Source: the human T2T-CHM13v2.0 reference genome, Homo sapiens
Reading direction: 5' to 3' (one strand)
DNA: 64,000 nt
NCBI RefSeq assembly: GCF_009914755.1
Contig: NC_060931.1
The position numbers and the translations under genes are program-made. The notes beneath the pieces are model-generated. The model saw nothing but the letters and a program-made list of their open reading frames with translations, was not told the DNA's origin and did not search any database. Numbering within the stretch: position 1 is the first letter of the stretch; the number at the start of each line of letters is the position of its first letter. Shown in pieces: positions 34,245 to 46,742 of the stretch.

Positions 34245-34500
34245 CCCTGGGTACATGACCTGCCTTCAGCCCTTGCAATCAGGGTCACGGCCTCTGATCA
34301 CGTGAAGGTCTCATGCTTGTCATCAGGGTCACAACCCTGGTGCAGGTCCTCAGCCCTTGTCATCAGAGTCAGGACTCCTGGGTGAATGTCCTGTCCTTGT
34401 CATTGGGGTCATGACCCTTCGGTGAAGGTCTCACTCTCATTATAGGGGTCCCGACCCTGGGTGCAGGTCCTGCCCTCAGCCCTCTGCCCTCATCATGGTC
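34245..34500. repeat. Degenerate ~40-bp minisatellite, about 6 units
   Basis: Recurrent CCCTGGGTG(C/A)AGGTC...CTTGTCATCAGGGTCA. Confidence 0.7.
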
Positions 34501-36019
34501 TGTCTGCTCTGACACCCTTCCTACATCTCCTGTCTCACCAAGTCATGTCCCTGCATACAGTGGCTACACCTCCTGCCTCTAGCTCCTGCTTAGAAAGTTC
34601 TCTCCTCCCATCTTTCAAAGCTCTACTGCCACCTCCTACTCCAGGGCTGCAAGGCTGTGAGGCTGCAGTGGGCCCTCTGCCCCTTCTCTTGTACCTAGCA
34701 GAACCGTGGGCCTCATGGGCCTGTGGTCATTGGCAGGTGGGTTGGATGTCCCACTGGCTCTGTTTCTGCCCTGGACCACAGCAGGTAGAGCAGGGCTGCA
34801 GAGGATGCTGGGCGCAGCCCTGGTGGCTAAGGCCTCATGGTGTCATCTCTGTCCAGCTTGTTCACTTGTGGTCCATTTGCTAACACTTGTGTGTGGCCAG
34901 GGGCACAGGCACATGAAATGCAGACCCCAGGTGCATACCCACAGAGGCTCCTCCCCAGCTGCGAGGCTTCTGACAGGGAGTCGCCCCCGAGCTTTCAGAA
35001 GAGTCCAGCGCTACACAAGGACGCAAGGAGCATGGATGGTCCTAGGCTGAGATATCATGCAGCCTGGCAGGTGCAGAGAAACAGGGTCTTTTTGGGGAGT
35101 CATTTTCTCCAACACTGAGGTGGGAGAGGGCTGGGGAGGCTGGCAGGGCTGGACCATGGAGAGCCATGGGGGCCAGGCCAGGGGTCAGGGTGGCAAGGCA
35201 GGATCAGACACGTTTTAGAAAGGCCCTTTGCCAGTTGACAGGGAGGTGGGAGGAGAGGAGAAGGGGGGCCTGGACAAAGGTAGGCACTGGGCCTGGGAGG
35301 AAGGTATGTGGGACCGGGGCCTGGGTCTCCTGGGCTGAGAAGGGAAAGTCCAGCAGGGGTGGGGTTGTAGAAGGGAGGGCAGCAGGCCTGGCCTCTACAT
35401 CTCCATAAACTCTTGATTTCCAGCTGATGCCCCTACTCTGCAGAAACACTGACCCTGGGGAGATTCTGAGGCTCAGGTCAATGCCTTGGGTAGAGAATGA
35501 GGAGGTAATGAGCCCTGAATGGAGTGGCTTTTCACTGTTCCAGCCAAGGGGCCCCCTTCTTTACAGCTGGGGGCCTTGAAGCTCAGCTTGGTCAGGGATT
35601 TGCCAGTATCACACTGGGATTGGGGAGTGGCCCTGGGACTACCCTTGGCCTCTGGAGCCCCAGGGCCAGGCTGGGAGTCAGAGCACCACCCTGCTCTGTC
35701 TTCTTAGAAAAGTGGCCCAGACTGCTGTCCCACACTACTCATGTCGTACAGGGTCAGAGACCCACAGTGGGCCTAAGGCCCTACTGAGGCCTGGTTCTGA
35801 GATGAGGTTTCTGGGAGAAGCCCCCTTGGCCGTCCTTTCTCTAGCGGTGGCAGAGCTGGGTGCTCTAGCCTACTAGAAAGATTTCAGTGGCTCCCGCCAT
35901 GCTCTGCAGACATGGCGGTCCTTCAGCCTACTTACCCCCATGACATTTTGCAATTTTATTTTCTTTGCTAACATTAGAGGACCATTAAAAGCTAGCTTTC
36001 TGGTGTGGGAATACAGAAA

Positions 36020-36530
36020 GACCACCCACATGAGAACAGGCAAAATCTCTTCATCTAGAGCTGCTCTAGCAAGGGGGCTGGCCGCCATCACTGCATTTGG
36101 CCAAGACTCACAGGCAGGCAGAGGGAAAGGGAGGGAAAGCTTCACAGTGGAAAAGGGAGGCTCAGGTGAGCCCTGATGGAGGCAGCCAGCCCGGGGAAGC
36201 TGGGGCAGCTCACTAGAAAGGGGGCTGCCTATGTGATTGGTTAGAAGAGCATATTTGTTTTTTTTCTGGCTGGTCCTAAGTTGGAAGCAGGGACAAAAAT
36301 TAGGGAAGCTGCCAGTTATTAATCAAGTTCTGGCCATTTGGGGCCGATTGTTAGAGGGGTTATTGTTTGGCCTTCCAGGATCGTTGCTAGAGAGAGTGGT
36401 CTGACTTCCTATGCATTTGGCTGCATAGGAATAGCAGGCTGGCATCCCGGCTGGTTGCTGCAGACTATGGGACAAGTTCTACTCATATGTATGGCCTGGC
36501 TATTGTCCTATTTGATATTCAGTCTCTCCC
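36020..36530 (-). mobile_element. ERV1 (MER4-group-like) LTR fragment
   Basis: LTR-like text; subfamily not resolved. Confidence 0.5.
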
Positions 36531-38230
36531 TGGTTTCTCCTGAGGAATCAGAAGAAAGACCTTTGGCAGCTAGGCAATCCAGATCAACTTCCCCTCTGAG
36601 GATGACTCAAGAAGCTGAACAATAATAGCCCCCAAAAGTCTTACTGAAAGCATCAAAAAGCTAGCAAGATCTGGAAGAAGACAAGAACCCAGCGGGGTGA
36701 GCCTAGACGTTCCAAGCTGCTTTTGCTCTGGAGGCATTTCCAGTTCCAGGGAATTAGCCTGAAGATGAGCTTTGTTTCTGGCCCTGTCCTTGGACTGGAG
36801 GTCTAGACGCCAAAGCCCAGTAAGATGTAAGAGGACAACATTTCACCTGATTTTTAATGCAGCTCTGCCAGTTTTCTTTTGGCAATGTCTATTGGTGATA
36901 CTAATCTTGACCAATTTTTGCCGAGCGTCTCCACTGCTCAGAAAGAGACTAGCAGCCCTGACATCCAGGGGCCATGCCTTAGGGTGCTCCTGCTGAACAC
37001 AAACAATTACCCAAAACATCGACCTCAGAGAAAGAAGCCTGCTCCATAATCAAGTGTAACTCAGGAGAACATCAACTAACCACAAAATGGCCCAACAGCT
37101 CCCTCTCCTGGGTCATGTGAGCAATTGCTGCTTCTTTACCAACTATAACTTTAGCTGAAGATATTTCATCACAGAATTAATTACTCCTGCTGCCTGACAG
37201 CCTCCCACCCAGAAAAAAACCCTGTTTTCTTAAACCCTCCCCCAAAATCAAGGCCCAATCTCATGAGGCCTTTATAACACCCTCTCCCCAAGTCGCCTTA
37301 TGGTTCTCCAAAGCCTGTGTTCTCCCTTGTTACTGCAGCAAGAAATAAACCCAACTTGTTCAACCTGGTGGCCTTCGCCTGGAAGTCTTAACACTGAAAA
37401 GTGACTCTGCGTATCTCTCCATTTGTAGTTAATAAATATCTTGGGGGTTGAATTTGAGATTATACTAATAACTTGTTCTTTTCAAACTTGTGCCCGCTAA
37501 TTTTAACATTCGTTGGTGGATCTTGTCTGTACCACTTATTACTGTGGTGTTTGCCTGATGGTAGTTTGTCTTCGTTCTTCTACACTTATTAACTGGAATT
37601 ATTCTGTAAGGAAAGGCTGCCCTTTGCCCCATCATTTATTAGATTACTTAGCACTTTGTTCCAGCTTTGGCCATTGGGAGTGCCTTGAGATTGGCTCCCA
37701 TGTTCTTTTGACAACTGTTCTTTTTTTTGGGCACTTTCTCACTTTCTGGCATGAGAAGATGCTCCAAACTCATCTTGTAGCTTCCCTGCTTCAACCTGGG
37801 AATGAGCCATTTTTCTAAGGATCATGGTGCCTTTTTACTGGAGAATGGTGCTTAGAAGCTGAGATCCTAGCAGAGCTGTCCATGCTCCTGGGTTGTCCCT
37901 TGTTGAGGCTCTCTCATCAGCAGACAGGCTAGGAAATATACGCATGTCTGCTAACCCACGCGTGGACATGCATGTGTATTTCTGTGTCTATCTGTTTGTA
38001 TGCAGATTAAAGTCCTGAGTTTATACTGATACCTCTGGTTCCAAACCAACACAATGGGGCTCGCTTTAGCCTTTCCTCACTTGTAACTTCTTTTTCCAAC
38101 AGTGAGAAACCCAGCTGTCATTATTATGATATTCTTACTAATTTTTTCAGTTCTAGTCCATGCCTCAAGTAGTTTCAGAATTGCTTGCCACACCCTTGGA
38201 GGAAATACATTCACCGGCTACATTACAGCA

Positions 38231-38532
<302 letters not shown>

Positions 38533-38907
38533 CATCGCAGGATTTCTGTGCGGTTCTTTTTGCCTTTAGCCATACAGGATCCAGTCCCGGTACTGTTTTC
38601 CACAATGACTTAGGTGAGCTCTTTTCCTCCCTGCTCCCTTCAATGCAGCTGTGCTGTTCATTTGCAGTGCTGTGAAGCTCAAGTGCTACTGTCTGCATTC
38701 CATTTTGGGTTTTGCTTGTTTTTTGAGTGTGTGAACTCTACTTTAACTCTAAGAGTCACACAAAAGGCTAGAGACGCAGAGTGTACCCCTCCCCATCCTA
38801 TCACTTTGTTCTCATCCCCCTGGGTACCCTTTTTCCACCCTTCTCTTAGGTGACCAATCTCTTTAGCTCCTCATTTATCCTTTTCTATATTTCTTTGGCA
38901 CAAATGA

Positions 38908-39222
<315 letters not shown>

Positions 39223-39355
39223 TAATCCACAAGTTTAATATGTGGTAGTTTCATTATTTTTCAGTTCAAATATTTTATCATTTCCATTTTTATTTCTTCT
39301 TTTGCTCATGGTTTATTAGAAGCATATTTCTTTAGCTGTTAAAAAGGAGGAAGAG

Positions 39356-39409
39356 GCGACAGAGCGAGACTCCGTCTCAACAAAAAAAAAAAAAAAAAAA
39401 AAAAAAAAA
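39356..39409 (+). mobile_element. Extremely 5'-truncated young Alu (23 nt + poly(A))
   Basis: GCGACAGAGCGAGACTCCGTCTC + A-tail; perfect TSD AAAAAGGAGGAAGAG at 39341-39355 and 39405-39419. Confidence 0.9.
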
Positions 39410-39571
39410 GGAGGAAGAGCTCCACAATTGAGGTGAGGGTATTTCTAAGACATACTTTAAGTGAAAAAAGCAAAACACAAACAAGTATCCATAAAATGTT
39501 ATCCTTCAGGTAGGAAAGAAGGGGATGTAAGAAAATAGACATGTCAACTGGGCGTGGAGGAGGAGCATTTC

Positions 39572-39715
39572 TTCCTTTGCTCTTTCCAGCGGCCATATGA
39601 GCAGTGTCATCTACGTTCTGCAGATAAGGAAATGGACTGAGAATTCATTTGCTCTTTCCAGCAGCCCTATGAACAGAGTCATCTATGTTCTGCAGATAAG
39701 GAAATGGACTGAGAA
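39572..39715. repeat. Tandem 2 x 72-bp unit; third copy at 41202-41273 (MIR-like core)
   Basis: TTC(C/A)TTTGCTCTTTCCAGC...GTTCTGCAGATAAGGAAATGGACTGAGAA three times. Confidence 0.95.
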
Positions 39716-40374
39716 CTTAGACAGGGAGTGTGTCTTCTTTCTCTCTGCACCCCGATGCCTGAAAATGTCGACTGGAAGACACCTAGGCCTGCAAGGCTGT
39801 GAGGGAAGTCAGGGGGTCCCAAGGGCTGCCTGTGGCCACCCTGACTTGGATCTGGAACACCTGCTCCTCCTTACTCATTGCTGCCTGGCGTGGCTCCACA
39901 CTTACCCACTCCTCCAAAAAATGGCTCTGGCTAGGTTGGGTTTACAGTGGATTATTAATGCTTTGATAATCCTGCCTGCCCTCTCCCTCCGCCCTCTCTC
40001 TGTCTCCCCAGCCTCCTGCTCCTCCTCTGGTCTTCCTGTCCAGTCATGCTGCCACTGTCCTGCCTTTATTCTGTAGGCTGAAACATTCCTGCCTCCTGCT
40101 TCTAGTCTTCAAGTAAACTTTCAAGTAGCGTATGTTCCTCAAACATGGCTCTCAGGGAGCAGATCTTACCAGGAGCGGAAAAGGCTCCCCGTTGCCTGTC
40201 ATGTGGTATATACACTTCTAGAAAGCCCTCCATAAATCCATTTCAGTAAAAGGAACATTTACCACTGCTAAGAAGGGATGGCTGAGCACACTAGTTCTTC
40301 ACTTAACAACCAGAGTTATTTACAGAATCTCCTTCCTACACATGCTTTTGGGATTTCAAGTTTGAATTGTGACT

Positions 40375-40749
40375 TGAGTCTTACTCTGTCACCCAGACTG
40401 GAGTGCAGTGGTCCAATCATGGTGCACTGTGGCCTCATCCTCCTGGGCTCAAGCAATCCCCTTAGTTCAGCCTCCCAAATAGCTGGGACTACAGGTGCAC
40501 ATGACCATGCCCATCCAATTTCTAAAATTTTTTTTGTAGGGATGGGGTCTCACTGTGTTGCCCAGGCTGGTTTCGAATTCCTGGCCTCCCAAATGAACTC
40601 TGAAAAATTTTTTTTTGTATTTTTTATTTTTTTATAGAGACAGTCTCACTCTGTTGCCCAGGCTGGTCTCAAACTCTTGGCCTCAAGTGATCCTCCTGCC
40701 TTGGCCTCTCAAAGTGTTGGGATTACAGCTGTGAGCCACCGTGCCTGGC
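40375..40749 (-). mobile_element. AluJ plus adjacent Alu monomer
   Basis: Diverged antisense Alu segments. Confidence 0.85.
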
Positions 40750-41647
40750 TTGACTTAATTTTTAATAAAATGTGTGTTTCAGTAGGGTTTCCTTTGTTCT
40801 GCATGGCTAATTATTGTACTGAGCCACGTCTTCCATGCCCAGAGGACATCTGTGTTTCAGTCAATGGACCCCATTGCTCCCCATCCTTGCCCACAGGTGC
40901 TTAGGCTGCTCCTCCTCTCAAGCTCTTAGACTCATGCATCAAAACATCCAAACAAGGTCCCTCTTCTCCAGATATCTACCTCTTCTCCTACAGTGTCTCT
41001 TCCTGCCTGAGTCCACCCTGTCTCACTCTGTCCTCTGCTTGCCTACGTGTATAAACCATACTCCTCAGAAGCATGAAAAGCTGCAGGCTGAGATCTTATT
41101 AGGCTGGGCCAACGTGGAGCGCAGTGGGACTGCCCTGCAGTAGTGGGAGTCGTGGGGCGGCCACTGTTCCTGCCAACTCAGGGGTGGAAGAGGAGCATTT
41201 CTTCATTTGCTCTTTCCAGCAGCCCTATGAGCAGGGTCATCTATGTTCTGCAGATAAGGAAATGGACTGAGAACTTTAGAAAAGGACCTGGGAGCCAGGG
41301 TCTGAAACAAAGTCTGTTTGACACCAGAGTGAGGACAATCATTCTGCCCCGGCTTTGATTGCATTTTATGGTGAGGCTCAAAAGAGAAAATGGGAAAACT
41401 TCCTATGGGCTGTGACATGCTGTATAACGTTGGGCATAGTGGTTACTAGAAGTCCTTGTAAGCACTGTGAGCCAAGAAGGCCAGCGGGGTTGAGTGCTAC
41501 TAGAAGGTTAACAGGCTGTCTTCTAAGAGGCCTCACGAGGTGGGGATACCTCAGTGGTACTGTAGTATCGCCACAGCATCCAGGCTTAGGGCCTTAACCT
41601 CACAGGCCCAGAAATGCACAGAAAACTTCATACACAAGGAAGGACTA

Positions 41648-41990
41648 TGTGTTAGTTTATTCTCACATTGCTATAAAGAACTACCTGAGACTGGATAATT
41701 TATGAAGAAAAGAGGTTTAATTGACTCACAGTTCCACAGGCTGTTCAGGAGGCATGGCTGGGGAGGCCTCAGGAAACCTACAATCATACCGGAAGGGGAA
41801 GTGAGTACCTTCTTCTCATAGTGGCAGGAGAGAAGAGTTCTCGAGAGAGTGTGAGAGAAGGGGGAGGTGCTACACACTTTTAAATGATCAAGTCTTGTGA
41901 AAGCTCACTCACTATCACGAGAACAACAAGGGAGAAATCTGCCCCCGTAACCCAATCACCTTCTACCAGGCCCCTCCTCTGACACATGGA
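41648..41990 (-). mobile_element. MSTA-type MaLR LTR
   Basis: TTGCTATAAAGAACTACCTGAGACTGG...GAAAAGAGGTTTAATTGACTCACAGTTCC. Confidence 0.85.
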
Positions 41991-42242
41991 ATCTCAGGTG
42001 TGAACATACTCCTCTGGCCTCCCGGGCTTTCTTGTTCCACCTATCTTCTGTTTCACCCAGAGTATGGCCATTCTCCAGGTCCTATGTCTGTCCTGATTGC
42101 TACACAGGTGACTCTTTAGCCATTTTAGGTGCTACTTGGGTCATTGGAAGAGATGATCCAAGGTAAGTTTGGGAAAGGCAGTGCTATGGGATGAAAAGAG
42201 CCAACAATTGACTGAGTCAACAAACTGGACCCCACGCTAGCT

Positions 42243-42792
42243 CTTTTGTGTGTGTGTGTGTTTCTTTTTTTTTAAATTATTATACTTTAAGTTCTAGGGT
42301 ACATGTGCACAACGTGCAGGTTTGTTACATATGTATACATGTGCCATGTTGGTGTGCTGCACCCATTAACTCATCATTTACATTAGGTATTTCTCTTAAT
42401 GCGATTCCTCCCCCCTCCCCCCACCTCACGACAGGCACCGGTGTGCGGTGTTCCCCACCCTGTGTCCAAGTGTTCTAATTGTTCAATTCCCACCCATGAG
42501 TGAGAACATGTGGTGTTTGGTTTTCTGTCCTTGCGACAGTTTGTTCAGAATGATGGTTTCCAGCTTCATCCATGTCCCTACAAAGGATGTGAACTCATCC
42601 TTTTTTATGGCTGCATAGTATTCCATGGTGTATATGTGCCACATTTTCTTAATCCAGTCTATCATTGATGGACATTTGGGTTGGTTCCAAGTCTTTGCTA
42701 TTGTGAATAGTGCCACAATAAACATACATGTGCATGTGTCTTTATAGTAGCATGATTTATAATCCTTTGGTTATATACCCAGTAATGGGATC
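42243..42792 (-). mobile_element. 5'-truncated L1PA 3' end
   Basis: ORF2 C-terminus (LFTIAKTWNQPKCPSMIDWIKKMW); 19-bp TSD ACTGGACCCCA(C/T)GCTAGCT at 42224-42242 and 42793-42811. Confidence 0.93.
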
Positions 42793-43947
42793 ACTGGACC
42801 CCATGCTAGCTTAACCACCGTCCCCTCTCTGGGTCTCAGATTTGCAACAGGTGGCGGGAGTGTGGGAACTATGGGCCTCACCCCAGAGTGGCTTCCAGGA
42901 AAGAACTTCCTGAAGCTGTGTGTGTGGCTGCCTTTGCACTCTGCAGCCATTTTATTCCAGGAATGTAACGCATAGGCCTGTGCAAAGATTTTACCATGAA
43001 ATCACATTGTTATTTGTTGTACAGAAAATCTAACACTAGAAAGTTGGTGATGTCCATTGTGATATCCACACAAAGGAATACTATTCAGCCATCAGAAGCC
43101 TTCTTTTTACAGTAGGGCTGAAAAGGGGAGGAGAAAATAATTTTCACTTTATGTATTACTGTGTTGCACAAGGTTTAAATTGATATATTTCTGTCTTCTT
43201 TACTGCTACCACCATGTACTCCTTTAACTTTATAGAAGGTTTTATTATTACCAAATAGTAAAATGGTCATAACAAACTAAGAAAAAACATCAGTATCTTC
43301 CCTGTTGTAAAATCTAATGAAGACAGATAAAGGATTTCCAATCACGGCAGACACAGTACTGGCAGAATGGTCATACTCAGGACACGAGAAAGCCAGGGAA
43401 GCCAAAGAGCACATTCACACCTGGCATTCCAGGTGCCCAGTGCATGTTCTCAGAGCAGCAGCAGGGGAGCCTGGAGGGTTATGATTTCACATGAATCTAA
43501 CTAAAAAACGTAAAAAGTAGGCTGGAAGGTATTATGATTTTTTTTCTAAAGTCAATATGCCACAGATGATTTTTATTTCCTTTTGTTTCACTTCATTTTT
43601 TATTTCTTCCCCCAAAACGACATGTACCACTTCTGTAAAGTGCAGAAAATGCAAACACAAAAACCCGGAAGGTGCCTTCCAAGTCTGCGAACTGCACAGG
43701 AGCCTGTGCCCCCCACCTCTCCAGAAGCCTGCCTTTCCCCAACTACCAACACCAGTTTCAGATCTTTTGCTATCATGAGGGTTCAGGACAGCTCTGCTCT
43801 GACATCCAGAAAGGAGGAGAGTCCCAGGTCAGCCATTTGGCCCTGGACAAATAGCCCTTTATTTACTTCTTTCTCCCTGTAATATGGGGACAGACAAAAA
43901 TGAAGTTATTAAGTGCCTATGAACTAAGAGCTTCTGGCATACTTCAT

Positions 43948-44252
<305 letters not shown>

Positions 44253-46533
44253 TACTTCATATTACTATTATTATTATTATTTTAAAAGATTCCCAAAGCA
44301 AAATCCTGGCATCCAAGAAAATCTGGAAGGAACATCTTCAGTTTCATGGCCCATGTCTCTTGCATTTCTCCTCAACACTTCTTGTGCCAAATGCTCACCT
44401 CCCTGACAGGGACCATCTTTGGTATTCACCAAGTCCTCCAGATCTCTGATGAAGGCCTCCCCCTTTTTCAGTTCAGGATATCAAGTCTGGCTTTGGGTAA
44501 GCACAGTCAGCACTGAGAGGCTACCCCGTTAGGCTAGTGTCCTTGAGCTCTTAGTCAGAAAGCCCATTCACAGCCACAGCATTTACTTTGACTCATTAGA
44601 GGTGTAACCTATTGAGAAAGATAAAGGAATAAGCAGAGGACTCAGGGATTCATTCATCCCACAAAAATCTGAGTCTCTACTATGTGCGAGGCTCTCTACT
44701 GGGCATCAGAGGCTTGAAGATGGGTAAGACAGGATTGCCGCTCTCATACGGCTGAGGAATACTATATGCAGTTTTGCCCCATCTCCTGCTCACACTCTCC
44801 CTGGCTCTGTATTTTATGTTACTATATTTCCCCTGCCTTTGCATCTGCCATGACTATGACTGTAACTATCCTGAGAGCCAGGGTGAGCATCTTCCAAGTT
44901 GTAGACTCACCATTCTTCTCAGCTTTTTGTCCTGTTTTTGACTTAATTAAACAGGAACCTGGGCTCTTGTGAGCAGGATTAGGGGAAAGAGCGATGAGTG
45001 GCTATAAGGCATCAAGGACTTGATTCTATTCCGAGACCAGGAGGTCAGCGAGAATGAACCATTCCAAAGGGATCTTGCCTTGAATCCATGCCCCAGCCTT
45101 GTGTGAGGGAGAGTGTGTGTGTGCCCATCCTATTGCTGGGGTGGTGTGTCTAGTGTGTGTCTAGTGTAAATTGGATCACAGTGGTGTGTTGAATGTGGGA
45201 AGGATCTGGCAGAGTGATTCAGTCCTCAGATGAGGGTATCTGGAGGGTGGGGTTCAGGGAGCTGTCCCTTGTTTGCTTTTCTGCTTGTTGAGTTTGAGGC
45301 ACAGGTAGAGGACAGACTGGGGGCAGAGAGGTCAGGGTCATTTCAGATTTGTCTGCACAGGGTGCAGAATGCATGGTCTTAATGGTCATGGATTATATTG
45401 CCAAGAGGTGCTGAGGGAAGAGAGAGACTGCCAAGGGCCAGTCTTGGAGAAAGCCTGTGTTCTTAGGGCAAGGGAGGGAGAGAAAGACACTGAGAGGAGT
45501 GACTGAAGAATACCAGGAAGGAGAAAGTATGGGGGGTGGGGTGGAGGGAGTAGGGAGATGGGGGAGGGGAGGTAAGGGGGCCGCAAGTGCCAAATGCTGC
45601 CAAAGTTGGAGAAAATGAGGTCTGGCAGTGTTCACAGGGGTTGGGAACCAGGAGCGTACTTTGGAGCTTTCAGTGGCGCCTTTTCAGGAAATATCAAGAC
45701 TAGAGGGAAAGGTTAAGATGAAAGGTGGCGAGTAGCGGGAAAGATGGTTGGAGGGTAGATGCTCCAAGAGTTGGTTTGTAAGGCAAACGTGGCAGAATTG
45801 GCTTTGGAAACAGAACCCCATATACCATCCCTGGAGTGGAGGGAGGGTGAAGATGAGGCGTGTAAAGATGAAACGGGGGAGCAGAGAGCACATCAACTTT
45901 TACCCAGTACAGGAGGCCACGGGGCCATCCACAGAAAGTGATAGGGACAGGAATGCAGCTGATGCTCTGGGGGACTGGGAGGTCTCGGTTGATAGCAGGC
46001 AGCTGTCCTTCGTTGAGCTTCGGGCTGAGCTTTGTGCTCAGGGCCTTAGACTTCATCATTATCTTAGCTATCTCCACAAAATCCTTCCAGACCAGACATT
46101 ACCCTCATTTTACAGACCAGGAAACTGGGGCTTAGAAAGGCCAAGTAATTTTCTCCATGTGACATAGTTGGGAGGTGATGAAGCCAAGAGGTGAACACTT
46201 AACCCCATACCTAGGAGGGGATCAGCTGTGGGGCGATGCTGAGCCCTCCTACAAGGCTGCCCACGCAGCAGGACTGCTGGGCTGCTGCAGGCGTGGGGAG
46301 AAGCCATTTTAATAATGAAATGGAGAGACCCATAAGGCAGGCATAAGTATTGCTGAGACTTTTATTTTTGATTCTAGAGAGTCCAGAATACATGATTTGA
46401 TGCAAGGAGGGCTGCCTTATCTTGGAGAATCAGATCAGGAATGTCCTGGGCCCCCCAGTTCTGCCGGGTAAGGGCGGCAAGGGCCGCATGGGTAGGCGGG
46501 GCTCGTCAGCCACATTCTCAAGAAAATCTTTTC

Positions 46534-46742
46534 CAATCTGGGCAACATAGTGAGACCCCATCTTTAGAAAAAACAAATTAGGTGGGCATGGTGGCATGTG
46601 CCCTTAGTCCCAGCTACTCAGGAGGCTGAGGCAAGAGGATGGGTTGAGCCTGGGAGGTTGAGGCTGCAGTGAGCAATGATGGCGCCACTGCACTGCAGCC
46701 TGGGTGACAGCATGAGACCCTGTGTCAAAAAAAAAAAAAAAA
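46534..46742 (+). mobile_element. 5'-truncated AluJ
   Basis: Alu right arm with poly(A). Confidence 0.88.

Noticed and set aside
39572-39715. Repeated units as a CRISPR-like array or repeated coding motif (VIYVLQIRKWTEN)
   Set aside because: Eukaryotic context, no spacers, only 2+1 copies; the peptide repeat is a by-product of DNA duplication.
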